Of a stretch of 61,490 nt of DNA, positions 38,490 to 48,817 are shown one piece after another. This DNA is from a bacterium (GTDB lineage: Bacteria; JAMCPX01). Location of the stretch: positions 1 through 61,490 of the forward strand of contig JBBIVV010000008.1 in the NCBI GenBank assembly GCA_037439545.1, given 5' to 3'. Each line of letters opens with the position of its first letter. Within the stretch, counting starts at the first letter, position 1. The notes beneath the pieces were generated by a model. That model was given only the letters and a program-made list of their open reading frames with translations, ran no database searches and was not told the origin of the DNA. The translations under genes were made by a program, and so were the position numbers.

Positions 38490-40372
38490 TCATTGTCCTC
38501 CTGAAGATGTTTTTTTTCGTATTTTACGATCATATTCCTGCCGGTTTTTTTTGCTTCGTACAGTGCAATGTCGGAGGCATACAGAAACTCGTTCACATTA
38601 TCGATGGTTTCATAAGGATAGCACGCTACACCGATACTTATCGTCAGGAGGGTATTGTTGTCCTGTTTGAATGCATTGACCACAGCACTCCTCAGCTTTT
38701 CTGCAACAGCCATTGCACCATCCGCATCTGTGTCGGGCAGCACAATAATAAATTCCTCGCCTCCGTATCTTACGGCTGTATCTATGCCGCGGATATTCAG
38801 CTTGAAGATCTGCGAGAGTATTGCAAGTGCCTCATCGCCTTTCAAATGGCCGAATTTATCGTTGTATGCCTTGAAATAGTCTACATCGATCATAAGCAAA
38901 GCAAGAGGCTGCTTGTACCGTTTTGCCCTTTCCCATTCCTTATCGAGGATCACACGCATATGCCTTCTGTTGAATAAGCCTGTAAGATCGTCTGTTATCG
39001 AGAGCTCCTTGGTCTGCTCGTAAAGCCTCGAGTTCTCTATGACTACAGCTATCTGGGCGCAGATGGATAAAAGGAAATCCATGTCTTTTCTGGTAAAACT
39101 GTTTGGCTCATTATTGCTTACATTCAAAACACCGATAATATTGTCCTTGTATTTAAGGGGCAGGCTCATGAATGAGCCTTCTGCTTTTTTTTGTCCTTTG
39201 TAATGAAGATATCTCGTTTCCTTGCTCGTGTCATTTAGCAGAACAGGGTTGCCTGTCGATGCAACATAGCCGCTTACACCTTCGTCGAATCCGAACTCTA
39301 TGCCGATCAGCCTTGCACTATCATCAAACCCCCATGCTGATACAATCCTGAGAATGCCGCCTTCTTTAAATAGTATTGCACATTCTTTGTAGTTAAGGGT
39401 ATCGGCTATGGTCGTGGTAATGATTCGCAGCAACTCATTCGTATCGACGATTGAAATGATGTATTGTCCAAAGTTGTAAAGGGTGGAAAGTTCTTTTATA
39501 CTTTCTCCAAGCTCCTTGTTAACCTCTTCCAGTTCTTCGGAACGTTTCATCAATATGTCTTTATATTTTAATTCTTCTTTCGCAGAAATAAGCTCCCTTT
39601 CCTTTTCGACACTTGCAGCCATCAATTGCGTGATCCTTGAAAGCATAAGATTGAAATTGTTTTCCACCTCACCTATTTCATCTTTACTGCTCGAGAGGGC
39701 GCGGGGCAGAAAATTGTTAGCCTCGGCTCTGTGCATCAGTCCTATGAACCTGTTTAACGGTTTCACGACAACAATCTCAGTAATAAGTATGGAAATGATG
39801 CTGAAAAGTATAACTATGGATATGATGATCAACCCGAACTTTTTTGCCATAGAATAGGTATGATTGTAAAGGCGGGTGTAGAAAGAGCTGATTTTTATGA
39901 AACCAAGCCGGTCACCGGTGTTGTGGCATTTCTGACAGTTATCATAAAGCTTTATAGGTGCAGTGTAATCGATTGTTTCTTGAGCCATGACAGTCATGGA
40001 ACGATCGTAATCAAGGGTTTGAAGACGGGTCAGCTCGGCTTTATCCATAGGTTTTTGAACGGAATGCGTACTGGACATAACAGCTTTGCCCTCGTTGTCA
40101 TACAGGGTTATGTCGTCGACGCCTGATGCCTCTGCGATGTCTTCTATTATTTTTTTCGGAGGTATGCTGTGCCCTTTCTTATTGGTAGAAAGCAGCAGAT
40201 CAGTGAGCGTTTTATTTATTAAAGCGAATTGGTACTCAGAAATCCTCTGCACAAAATCTTTCTCGAAGTAGATATACAGACACAGCAAAATGCCGGATGT
40301 TACCGCTATAACAAGACTCAACATGACCGTGAGTTTATATGCAATGCTCTTACCGAATAGATTTCTTAACAT
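38486..40372 (-). CDS. Membrane diguanylate cyclase (periplasmic CxxCH, HAMP, GAF, GGDEF)
   Basis: TM-...CQKCH-TM, HAMP (KPL...DEIG), GAF, D.LTGLFNRR, RGID I-site, GGEEF. Confidence 0.9.
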   Translation of the reverse strand: MLRNLFGKSIAYKLTVMLSLVIAVTSGILLCLYIYFEKDFVQRISEYQFALINKTLTDLLLSTNKKGHSIPPKKIIEDIAEASGVDDITLYDNEGKAVMSSTHSVQKPMDKAELTRLQTLDYDRSMTVMAQETIDYTAPIKLYDNCQKCHNTGDRLGFIKISSFYTRLYNHTYSMAKKFGLIIISIVILFSIISILITEIVVVKPLNRFIGLMHRAEANNFLPRALSSSKDEIGEVENNFNLMLSRITQLMAASVEKERELISAKEELKYKDILMKRSEELEEVNKELGESIKELSTLYNFGQYIISIVDTNELLRIITTTIADTLNYKECAILFKEGGILRIVSAWGFDDSARLIGIEFGFDEGVSGYVASTGNPVLLNDTSKETRYLHYKGQKKAEGSFMSLPLKYKDNIIGVLNVSNNEPNSFTRKDMDFLLSICAQIAVVIENSRLYEQTKELSITDDLTGLFNRRHMRVILDKEWERAKRYKQPLALLMIDVDYFKAYNDKFGHLKGDEALAILSQIFKLNIRGIDTAVRYGGEEFIIVLPDTDADGAMAVAEKLRSAVVNAFKQDNNTLLTISIGVACYPYETIDNVNEFLYASDIALYEAKKTGRNMIVKYEKKHLQEDNE

Positions 40373-40559
40373 GTTTAATCATTACAATGGCGGCGTTCAA
40401 AAAGTCAACATTGTGGACAGGTATATCACAAAAATATTGATATAGATCGCATTTGCCTGTATGTTTTTAAGTCATGAAAAAAAAGCATATCTATTATATT
40501 CTTTCTGTCGGAACAACACATAGAACAGGCGGGATTTCCTGTTATTATCGAGGGAAATA

Positions 40560-41417
40560 ATGGTCGAGCAAAGGCTTCCGAATTATCTAAAGAAAAACCT
40601 TGTCCTGAGCGGTGACGTTCACAAAACAAAAAACTTGCTGAGGACGCATGAACTTTTCACGGTCTGCGAGTCGGCCCGCTGTCCGAATATAAGTGAATGC
40701 TTTGCAATGAACAGGGCAACATTCCTGATAATGGGTACCGTGTGTACAAGGGGATGCAGGTTCTGCTCGATTGACAAAGGCATGCCTTCAATTCTTGATT
40801 CGGACGAGCCGCAAAGGATAGCCGGTGCTGTTAAAAAACTCGGCATAAGACATGCCGTCATAACGTCAGTTACAAGGGATGACCTCCCCGATGGAGGTGC
40901 AGGGCATTTCTACGATGTTGCAATGGCTGTCAAGAAGTATAATCAAGATATAACTCTGGAACTCCTTACACCCGATTTCAAAGGTAATGAAATGGCCATG
41001 ATTCATCTGCTTGAAGCTGAGTTTGATATATTCAATCATAATGTAGAAACGGTCCCATCGCTTTATAAGAGAGTGAGACCCCATGCTGTTTACGAACGTT
41101 CACTCGACGTTCTGAGGTTTGCGAAACAACACAAGAATATACCCGTTAAATCAGGTCTTATGGTAGGGTTTGGCGAAACGATTGATGAAGTCAAGGGAGT
41201 GCTCATTGATCTCAAGGAAGCAGGGTGCGATATCGTGACCATAGGTCAGTATCTTATGCCGTCATTAAATCATCTTCCGGTCCATGAATATATAGGGGAA
41301 GGGCTCTATAAAAAATATGAGGATTTTGGAAAGATAATCGGGATCAAATATGTGTATGCTGGTCCGTTTGTAAGGAGTTCATATCATGCACAGGAAGTGA
41401 AAGATTTCGCAACCTGA
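40560..41417 (+). CDS. lipA: Lipoyl synthase (second copy)
   Basis: CESARCPNISEC, CTRGCRFC, VRSSY. Confidence 0.94.
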   Translation: MVEQRLPNYLKKNLVLSGDVHKTKNLLRTHELFTVCESARCPNISECFAMNRATFLIMGTVCTRGCRFCSIDKGMPSILDSDEPQRIAGAVKKLGIRHAVITSVTRDDLPDGGAGHFYDVAMAVKKYNQDITLELLTPDFKGNEMAMIHLLEAEFDIFNHNVETVPSLYKRVRPHAVYERSLDVLRFAKQHKNIPVKSGLMVGFGETIDEVKGVLIDLKEAGCDIVTIGQYLMPSLNHLPVHEYIGEGLYKKYEDFGKIIGIKYVYAGPFVRSSYHAQEVKDFAT

Positions 41418-41502
41418 CCCATGCGCTTGCCGTTGACGGAGGCATACTGCATTATTATCAATATCAGGGCGTACTCCGGTATATTAACGGCTCAACCCTG
41501 TC

Positions 41503-42699
41503 CTATCCGAAGAATATGGATTTCCTTTGTTTGAGAACGTCTATCAGCATATTCTGGATCTGCGTTCTGACATGTTCAGATAGCCTGTTTATAAGGATGT
41601 CATCGTCTACATCCTCAGGACCGTAGTGCTTCATCTCGATAGGTTCACCGTATTTTATATACCATTTGGTCGGCAGCGGTATGGCGCCCATGGGCCCCAA
41701 CCATGGGAAGAACGGCGTTATAGGCAGGTAGGGTGCACCTACGAGCTTTCCGAGCCAGTCAGCCCTCCCTATTATAGGAAAGGCTTCCTCAGCTCCTACG
41801 ACGGCAACGGGTATGATGGGTGCATGCGTCCTCATCGCGAGCTTGATGTATCCCCCCCTTCCGAAGCGCTGCAGTTTATATCTGTCTTTGAATAGTTTTC
41901 CTATGCCCTTCAATCCTTCGGGAAATACGATAACAAGCTGGTCCTTTTCAAGCAGTCTTTCTGCATTCTCCTGTGATGCACGGACAGAGCCGGTTTTTAT
42001 AAGGAATGAGTTTATAAAAGGCATGTAATAGGCAAAATCTTCGACAAGTGCTCTGGTGATCCTGCTTGCCGGATGTTCATTTAATATTGATGTAACTATC
42101 ATGGCTCCGTCAATCGGAATGCCCCCGGAATGGTTGGACACGAGTAATGCCCTGCCTGTTGCAGGTATATTGTTTATACCGATAGTTTCCACTCTCCACC
42201 ATTTATTGTAGAGAAGATCGAAAAAAGGCCTTGCCTTTGCGGTAAAAACAGGATCAAGCCCGAACTCATCGACCTCAGTTGATGTTGCCCACATGGCAGC
42301 GTTTGCCAATTGTTCTTTTATCTTTTGTGTGGAAAACTGTGAAATAAAGCCCTTTAGCCCGCCTAATGAATCCGATACGAAGTTCTGTGTAATGTTCTTC
42401 TTTTCCTTTTTAATATCACTGAGCAGGGATTTAAACTTCTCATCATAATTGCGAGAAAGTTCGTCGAATTTATCTTCAATGACTTTCATCAGTGCGGTAA
42501 GCTCCCTGGAGGTTGCCACAGCATACCTTTCAGGTTTTGTCTTTTTTTGTTTTTTCAGATTTATGATATTGACCTTCTTTGGCTGCGGCGACAGCTTGAT
42601 AGTCCGTAGTGCAATGGCGGTATCAGGCGCGGCAAATTCTTTCATATTCTGTGTGCTCTTTGCTTTTGCCGATAGTGCGGTTACATTGCCTTTTGCCAT
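41503..42699 (-). CDS. Lysophospholipid acyltransferase family protein with N-terminal extension
   Basis: NHSGGIPID (HX5D variant), VFPEG, FGRGG, PIIPVAVVGAEE. Confidence 0.85.
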   Translation of the reverse strand: MAKGNVTALSAKAKSTQNMKEFAAPDTAIALRTIKLSPQPKKVNIINLKKQKKTKPERYAVATSRELTALMKVIEDKFDELSRNYDEKFKSLLSDIKKEKKNITQNFVSDSLGGLKGFISQFSTQKIKEQLANAAMWATSTEVDEFGLDPVFTAKARPFFDLLYNKWWRVETIGINNIPATGRALLVSNHSGGIPIDGAMIVTSILNEHPASRITRALVEDFAYYMPFINSFLIKTGSVRASQENAERLLEKDQLVIVFPEGLKGIGKLFKDRYKLQRFGRGGYIKLAMRTHAPIIPVAVVGAEEAFPIIGRADWLGKLVGAPYLPITPFFPWLGPMGAIPLPTKWYIKYGEPIEMKHYGPEDVDDDILINRLSEHVRTQIQNMLIDVLKQRKSIFFG

Positions 42700-42717
42700 A
42701 GTGCTCCCTCCTTTGTA

Positions 42718-43731
42718 TTACTCCACAAGTCTTAGCTCTCTGAGCCGCTGCGTCCCCATGAAACTTTCCAGCGTATCTTTTGTCGTATAGCGTGCTTCGA
42801 ATTTCATTATTTTCTTTGCTTTGGCTCCGTCCGCAAGCCATGTATATTTCAAAAAGTTCAAAAATGTCGGAGGTACGGACAGGAGGTTCCCGGACCACAT
42901 CATACTTACGATTGAGTATGCGAGAGGATAGGGGACCGGTATGGCGAGTTTTCCCGATAGTTTCAACAAGGTGCTGAAGGGAAGGACCCCTCTGCCCACG
43001 ATATTGAATATCCCAGCGTAGTCTCCCTCCACAGCAACCCTGAAAACGTCGATAATGTCTTCTTCATGGACAAACTGGAATAACGGGTCAAACCCGAGTA
43101 TCCTTATAATTGCAGGGCTCGAGAAATATGAAGTCAGGAAATTTTTAATTGTCGGTCCGAGGATTGAGCATGCTCTTAAAACCGTGACCACGGTGTTTGG
43201 GTTTTTTTCGCTGAACCTTTTTACGATATGTTCCACCTCTATTTTGTCCCTGAGATAAGCCATCCCGGGGTCTGCCCGTAAGGGGTGATTTTCTGTAAGA
43301 AAATTCGGATTCGTCGCATCTGCGCCGTAAACCATTGTGGTGGATTTGATTATAAATTTCTTTAATTTTATGGCAGAGGAGGCATGTATCATATTCAATG
43401 TGCCTATTACCTCGAGTTCATGCGACAGCGATGTGTCCTTTATGGGACTTGAAAGAAATGCGAGGTGTACCACTGTATCAACAGCTTCTTTTCTGAAGAT
43501 CCCGGCAATGACCGAATCTACCATCGGTTCCGTGATGTCGACTTTATAGAACTTAACGCCTTTCTCCAGAAAATCAGGCTTCCTGATGTCTATAACGATA
43601 AGTTGATACCGTGGATCGTTTGCCAGTCTTCTTGCAAGGTTGGAGCCGATAAAGCTGTTAACGCCTGTGAGAACAATTTTAGTGAGGTGATTTGTATTTT
43701 TCTTGTCATTTTTTTTTGCAGACATATTCAA
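42718..43731 (-). CDS. NAD-dependent epimerase/dehydratase (extended SDR)
   Basis: TGVNSFIG, VVHLAF, VYGA, YLRDK, GFDP.FQFVHEED. Confidence 0.85.
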   Translation of the reverse strand: MNMSAKKNDKKNTNHLTKIVLTGVNSFIGSNLARRLANDPRYQLIVIDIRKPDFLEKGVKFYKVDITEPMVDSVIAGIFRKEAVDTVVHLAFLSSPIKDTSLSHELEVIGTLNMIHASSAIKLKKFIIKSTTMVYGADATNPNFLTENHPLRADPGMAYLRDKIEVEHIVKRFSEKNPNTVVTVLRACSILGPTIKNFLTSYFSSPAIIRILGFDPLFQFVHEEDIIDVFRVAVEGDYAGIFNIVGRGVLPFSTLLKLSGKLAIPVPYPLAYSIVSMMWSGNLLSVPPTFLNFLKYTWLADGAKAKKIMKFEARYTTKDTLESFMGTQRLRELRLVE

Positions 43732-43948
43732 GCTTCTTTTGTTTATGTGTTCTGTCTCGGGAAAATATTGGTCATTTCATTATCTCCTCTATACGCAAAG
43801 TACACTTAAACAATTCTTATCGTTTCTGTCAAGTTTACACAGTTAAAGGCTTTTCTTACCAGAAGCAAACCTGCAAAAGCCTGTATTCGCTTGACAAGGG
43901 GGGGTTTATTAGGTAGCCATATCTAAACAAATAAAAAGTGAGGCAGAC

Positions 43949-44272
43949 ATGTACGCGGTTATTAAACATTCCGGGAAGCAATACACAGTAACACAGGGTG
44001 ATATCGTGGCTCTTGACAGGATAGCAGATGTACAGAAAGATGGAGAGCTCCAGATAGCCGATGTGCTGCTGGTAAATGATGGTTCGAACACCATCATCGG
44101 TACGCCCATCGTTGCAAATGCTTTTGTCAAGGTGAAGGTGCTTGGCGAAACAAAAGGCGACAAGATAGTAATATTCAAGCACAAGAGAAGGAAAAATTAC
44201 AGAAGGAAACAGGGATTTCGTCACACCTTTACTAAGGTAAAGGTTGAAGATATTGTATTTCAAAATAATTGA
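43949..44272 (+). CDS. rplU: 50S ribosomal protein L21
   Basis: MYAVIK.SGKQY.V, FKHKRRKNYRRKQG.R. Confidence 0.96.
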   Translation: MYAVIKHSGKQYTVTQGDIVALDRIADVQKDGELQIADVLLVNDGSNTIIGTPIVANAFVKVKVLGETKGDKIVIFKHKRRKNYRRKQGFRHTFTKVKVEDIVFQNN

Positions 44273-44281
44273 GGTGTTTTA

Positions 44282-44533
44282 ATGGCTCATAAAAAAGGAC
44301 AGGGCAGCTCGGTAAACGGAAGGGACAGTCAGGGACAGAGGAGAGGTGTTAAGCTCTTCGCAGGTCAGCCTGCAAAAGCAGGCAGTATAATTGTCAGACA
44401 GGTCGGTGAAAAATTTAAAGCCGGGAAGAACGCGGGTGTTGGTAAAGACTTTACCATATTCGCTCTGAAAGACGGCATCGTTAAATTTACACGCTCCAGC
44501 AACAAGGTGACCGTTAATATAATTCCTGCCTGA
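44282..44533 (+). CDS. rpmA: 50S ribosomal protein L27
   Basis: [15 protein letters not shown]...RRGVK, GSIIVRQ.G. Confidence 0.97.
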   Translation: MAHKKGQGSSVNGRDSQGQRRGVKLFAGQPAKAGSIIVRQVGEKFKAGKNAGVGKDFTIFALKDGIVKFTRSSNKVTVNIIPA

Positions 44534-44562
44534 TACCGGCAGTGATAAAGATCATAAAGTGT

Positions 44563-44612
44563 AATCCCCTTCTTTCCCCCTTTAGAAACGGGGCGAGGGA
44601 GGGGATTTTTTT
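44563..44612 (+). repeat. REP-like GC-rich hairpin with T-tail (possible terminator) between rpmA and obgE
   Basis: AATCCCCT...CCCCCTTTAGAAACGGGG...AGGGGATTTTTTT. Confidence 0.55.
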
Positions 44613-44624
44613 GGGAATCTGCGT

Positions 44625-45620
44625 ATGAAATTTATAGATACTGCTGAGGTCTATATCAAAGCAGGAGACGGGGGCAATGGATGTGTAAGCTTCAGGAGGG
44701 AGAAATTTGTCCCTAAGGGTGGTCCGGATGGCGGTGACGGCGGTAATGGCGGCAATATAGTCATCCGCAGCTCAACCAGGTTGTCCACGCTCATTGATTT
44801 TAAATATGTAAGACATTACCGCGCAAAAAACGGCGGTCACGGCAAAGGAAAAAACATGCACGGCAGGAATGGGTTAGACCGCATTATTGAAGTGCCTGCC
44901 GGGACACAAATCTATGATACCGGAGACGGAGAACTTTTAGGAGACCTTTCGAAGATCGATGAAGAACTTGTGCTCGCCAAAGGCGGTATGGGCGGCAAAG
45001 GTAATGCACGGTATGTAACTTCTACGCACCAGGTGCCTGTTGAATACGAACCCGGCGGGACCGGTGAAGAAAGGCACATACGATTAGAATTAAAATTACT
45101 TGCGGATGTTGGATTAATCGGTTTTCCCAATGTCGGCAAATCGAGCCTTATTAACAAAGTATCAAATGCCCGCCCAAAAGTTGCGGATTATCCTTTCACC
45201 ACACTTCACCCTGTACTCGGCATCGTGAAGTATAGAAATGAAAGAAGTTTTGTCATCGCCGACATACCCGGTCTGATTGAGGGTGCACATAAGGGCAGGG
45301 GATTGGGTGATCAATTTCTCAAGCATGTAGAAAGGACACACCTGCTTGTTCATATCATAGATCCGACGAGAGACAGTGATCCCTATAAGGACCTGAATAG
45401 TATAAACAACGAACTCAGAAGCTACGACCGGTTGCTTGCCGGCAAACAGCAGATCGTCGTGCTGAACAAGATAGATATTCCTCTTGTAAGAAACGAGCTC
45501 ATGGGCTATATAAATACATTCAAGGAACATGGTATTGCGATTTACCCAATATCATGTGTAACAGGTGAAGGTATTGATACATTGCTGGATGAAATTGCCA
45601 AAAAGCTTTATCAGGATTGA
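44625..45620 (+). CDS. obgE: GTPase ObgE/CgtA
   Basis: FRREKFVPKGGPDGGDGG, G.PNVGKS, YPFTTL, DIPGLI, NKID. Confidence 0.97.
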   Translation: MKFIDTAEVYIKAGDGGNGCVSFRREKFVPKGGPDGGDGGNGGNIVIRSSTRLSTLIDFKYVRHYRAKNGGHGKGKNMHGRNGLDRIIEVPAGTQIYDTGDGELLGDLSKIDEELVLAKGGMGGKGNARYVTSTHQVPVEYEPGGTGEERHIRLELKLLADVGLIGFPNVGKSSLINKVSNARPKVADYPFTTLHPVLGIVKYRNERSFVIADIPGLIEGAHKGRGLGDQFLKHVERTHLLVHIIDPTRDSDPYKDLNSINNELRSYDRLLAGKQQIVVLNKIDIPLVRNELMGYINTFKEHGIAIYPISCVTGEGIDTLLDEIAKKLYQD

Positions 45621-46732
45621 TTTATATGAAAAAGCTCGTCGTTAAAATAGGGAGTTCTGTTTTAACTCTTGAGAACGGGTATCCGGATCATGATAGATTC
45701 AAGGCATTTGCGGGAGATATAGCAGGTGTGCTCGATAAGGGATACTCTGTGGTAATTGTATCGTCCGGTGCAATTGCATTTGGCGGATCCATTGCAGGTA
45801 ATACTTTGATGCCGGTAACCATACCCAATAAACAGGTCTTATCGAGTATCGGTCAGCCCTTGCTTATCAATACCTATATGACGAATCTAAAACCTTACAA
45901 CAGGGTAGTCGCCCAGGTGCTTTTAACCCATGAAGATTTTATTGACAGACAGAGATACCTCAATGCGAGGAGGTCTATGGATCTTATGCTTGACCATGGT
46001 TTTATCCCCGTTGTGAATGAAAATGATGCAATATCTGTCGATGAGATAAAGGTAGGTGATAATGACACCCTGTCCGCAATGGTTGCTGCCATGATCAATG
46101 CAGAGAGGCTCATCATTCTGAGCAATATAGATGCAATCTATGATAAAGATCCGAATAAACACGGAGATGCAAAACCTATCGCCGAGATAAGATATAAAGA
46201 CCAGCATAAGACATTCGATGACAGCAAGAGCAAGTATGGCGTCGGAGGCGTAAAGACAAAGGTATCAGCTGCAAAACAGCTTGCAAGGATTGGCATCAGC
46301 ACGACAATAGCAAATGGCAGAGTAAACAATATCATTACAAAGCTTATAAGCGGTGAAAGGCTTGGAACGACTATTTTACCGGATCATAAAAAGGTCAATG
46401 GTACAAAAAAATGGGTCAGCCTGCTCTTAAAATCTTCAGGGTCCCTGTCCATTGACGAAGGTGCTTTGTCCGCCGTATTAAAGAACAAAAGCCTGCTCGC
46501 TGCCGGTATTGTAAAGGTGTCGGGTGCGTTTAAAGAAGGGAATGTTATCAGCATCATGGACACAAAAGGCCGCGAGATAGGGAGGGGCATAACAAACTAC
46601 TCTGTTACAGAGATAGAGATGATAAAGGGCAAGAAATCATCACAGATAAAAAGCTCGCTCGGATATTTCAATGGTGACGAGGTTATTCACAGGAATAACC
46701 TCATACTTAATGTAGAGCATTATGTTAAATAA
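45617..46732 (+). CDS. proB: Glutamate 5-kinase (start TTG 45617 or ATG 45626)
   Basis: VVKIGSS, VSSGA, NENDA, GDNDTLSA, PUA domain. Confidence 0.94.
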   Translation: MIYMKKLVVKIGSSVLTLENGYPDHDRFKAFAGDIAGVLDKGYSVVIVSSGAIAFGGSIAGNTLMPVTIPNKQVLSSIGQPLLINTYMTNLKPYNRVVAQVLLTHEDFIDRQRYLNARRSMDLMLDHGFIPVVNENDAISVDEIKVGDNDTLSAMVAAMINAERLIILSNIDAIYDKDPNKHGDAKPIAEIRYKDQHKTFDDSKSKYGVGGVKTKVSAAKQLARIGISTTIANGRVNNIITKLISGERLGTTILPDHKKVNGTKKWVSLLLKSSGSLSIDEGALSAVLKNKSLLAAGIVKVSGAFKEGNVISIMDTKGREIGRGITNYSVTEIEMIKGKKSSQIKSSLGYFNGDEVIHRNNLILNVEHYVK

Positions 46733-46761
46733 ACGGCAAAATCGGCAGGGCTTTCTTATAT

Positions 46762-48015
46762 ATGAATAAGAATGATGTTACCACGATAGCTCAAAAAGCA
46801 AAGCAGGCAGGCTTAAAGCTGGGCATTGCAGGTACGGCTAAGAAAGATGCTGCACTGAAGCTCATGGCAGAAGGCCTGATAGAAAAAAAATCCTTGATTC
46901 TTGAGGCAAATGCAAAAGATGCACGCAATGCGAAACAGCACCATATGCAGCCGGCTTTTATGGACAGGCTTATCATTACAGAGAAGACGCTGAAGTCCAT
47001 GGTAGACGGTATTCATGAAGTAAAGATGCTCAAGGACCCTGTCGGCGGGATCACAAAGGCTTGGACAAGGCCGAACGGGTTGCTGGTGGGCAGGATGCGC
47101 ATTCCCATCGGCGTTATTCTCATGATATATGAATCAAGACCGAATGTTACGGCAGATGCGTCTGCATTGTGCATAAAATCAGGCAATGCGGTTGTTCTGA
47201 AAGGCGGGTCTGAGGCTATCAATTCGAACAAGGCAATTGTTGAGGTACTGACCGGTGCCTTAGGAGATGCCGGCCTGCCTGCGGACGCCATACAATTTAT
47301 CGATACACCGGACAAAGACGTGCTGTATGAGTTTCTGAAACAGGATGAACTGATTGATCTTGTCATACCAAGGGGCGGGGAGTCCCTTATAAGGGCTGTG
47401 GCAGAGCATTCACGCATACCGGTGCTCAAACATTATAAAGGTGTGTGCCATGTGTTTGTCGATGCGAATGCAGATTTTGATATGGCAAAAAAAATCTGTT
47501 TCAATGCAAAAGTTCAGAGACCCGGTGTATGCAATGCAATGGAAACACTGCTCGTTCATAAAGATGCAGCAGCGGCATTTTTACCGGATATGATAGAGAG
47601 GTACAAAGAAGCAGGAGTCGAGATCAGGGGATGTGAAAAGACAAGAGCGATAGTAAAAAATATAAACAGTGTAACGGAGCAAGACTGGTACACAGAATAT
47701 CTGGACCTTATTCTCTCATTAAGAGTCGTGGATTCCATAGATCAGGCCATTGAACATATTAATCATTATGGATCGCATCATACGGATTCTATAATAACAA
47801 AGGATGTGGAGCATTCGATGAAATTCTTAAGAGAGGTCGACTCGTCCACAGTCCTCGTTAATGCCTCTACGAGGTTCAGCGATGGTTTTCAGCTCGGACT
47901 TGGCGCAGAAATAGGTATATCGACATCGAAGCTCCATGCATTCGGACCAATGGGACTTGAGGAATTGACCGCACAAAAGTTCGTTATTATGGGCAACGGA
48001 CAGGTCAGGGAGTAG
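46762..48015 (+). CDS. proA: Gamma-glutamyl phosphate reductase
   Basis: YESRPNVT, PRGG, VCNAMETLL, NASTRF.DG, AEIGIST. Confidence 0.96.
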   Translation: MNKNDVTTIAQKAKQAGLKLGIAGTAKKDAALKLMAEGLIEKKSLILEANAKDARNAKQHHMQPAFMDRLIITEKTLKSMVDGIHEVKMLKDPVGGITKAWTRPNGLLVGRMRIPIGVILMIYESRPNVTADASALCIKSGNAVVLKGGSEAINSNKAIVEVLTGALGDAGLPADAIQFIDTPDKDVLYEFLKQDELIDLVIPRGGESLIRAVAEHSRIPVLKHYKGVCHVFVDANADFDMAKKICFNAKVQRPGVCNAMETLLVHKDAAAAFLPDMIERYKEAGVEIRGCEKTRAIVKNINSVTEQDWYTEYLDLILSLRVVDSIDQAIEHINHYGSHHTDSIITKDVEHSMKFLREVDSSTVLVNASTRFSDGFQLGLGAEIGISTSKLHAFGPMGLEELTAQKFVIMGNGQVRE

Positions 48016-48051
48016 GGGAATCTATGATACTTTTGCATACCCTTCTTCGTT

Positions 48052-48153
48052 ATCCCTCTTACATAAGAGGGATAAAGGGAGTTACATTCTTGCGTCATAA
48101 CGCCCGACCCAAGCCCAGCTTGGGTACCCCGCCCTCTTATCTTAAGAGGGGAA
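48052..48153. repeat. Inverted pair of CCCTCTTA(n)TAAGAGGG hairpin repeats with a nested 28-bp insert
   Basis: ATCCCTCTTACATAAGAGGGAT and CCCTCTTATCTTAAGAGGG; insert at 48104-48131. Confidence 0.65.
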
Positions 48154-48172
48154 TTCGGAAAGAAATAAAGTC

Positions 48173-48817
48173 ATGATCAGGCTGGGCATTCTCGGAGGCA
48201 GTTTTAATCCCATTCATTTCGGTCATTTAAGGGGCGCTGAAGAGATCAGACAGAGATTCTCCCTTGAAAAAATCCTATTTGTGCCGACCTATGTGCCTCC
48301 GCATAAGCCGCCGGATACCGTGTTGGAATATTCACACAGGAAAGCAATGACGCAAATTGCGTTGAATTCCAATCCTTATTTTGTGATTGAAGATATTGAA
48401 GAACAGCTTCCAACGCCATCCTATAGTTACAGGACAATAGAGGCTCTTATAAAGAAGTGCGGTGTAGATGCAGATTTTTACTTTATAGTGGGGGAAGATG
48501 ACTTTGCAAATATGAACACATGGCACCTGCCGTCCGTGATTTTTCAGTTGTGTACCCTTATCGTCATTACACGCCGCAATGCCGGGAAAACACTGGAAGA
48601 GCTTGTACCTGTTGACCTCATGGATGAATTCTGGTATTCGGCAAAAGAAGGCGTTTTAGTGCACAAACAGGGTAAAAAAGTTTATCTGTCATCGATACCG
48701 ATGCTTGATATATCGTCAAGCGGGATAAGACAGCTTGTTCAAGAAAACAAATCGGTCCGTTATTTAACACCCCAGCCTGTCATAGAATACATAGAAAAGG
48801 AGAAATTATACTATTAA
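48173..48817 (+). CDS. nadD: Nicotinate-nucleotide adenylyltransferase
   Basis: GGSFNPIHFGH, PPHK, SY, ISSS.IR. Confidence 0.94.
   Translation: MIRLGILGGSFNPIHFGHLRGAEEIRQRFSLEKILFVPTYVPPHKPPDTVLEYSHRKAMTQIALNSNPYFVIEDIEEQLPTPSYSYRTIEALIKKCGVDADFYFIVGEDDFANMNTWHLPSVIFQLCTLIVITRRNAGKTLEELVPVDLMDEFWYSAKEGVLVHKQGKKVYLSSIPMLDISSSGIRQLVQENKSVRYLTPQPVIEYIEKEKLYY

Noticed and set aside
43856..44263. Antisense ORFs over rplU and the many other short shadow ORFs in the track
   Set aside because: They lie opposite or within well-supported genes and have no motifs.
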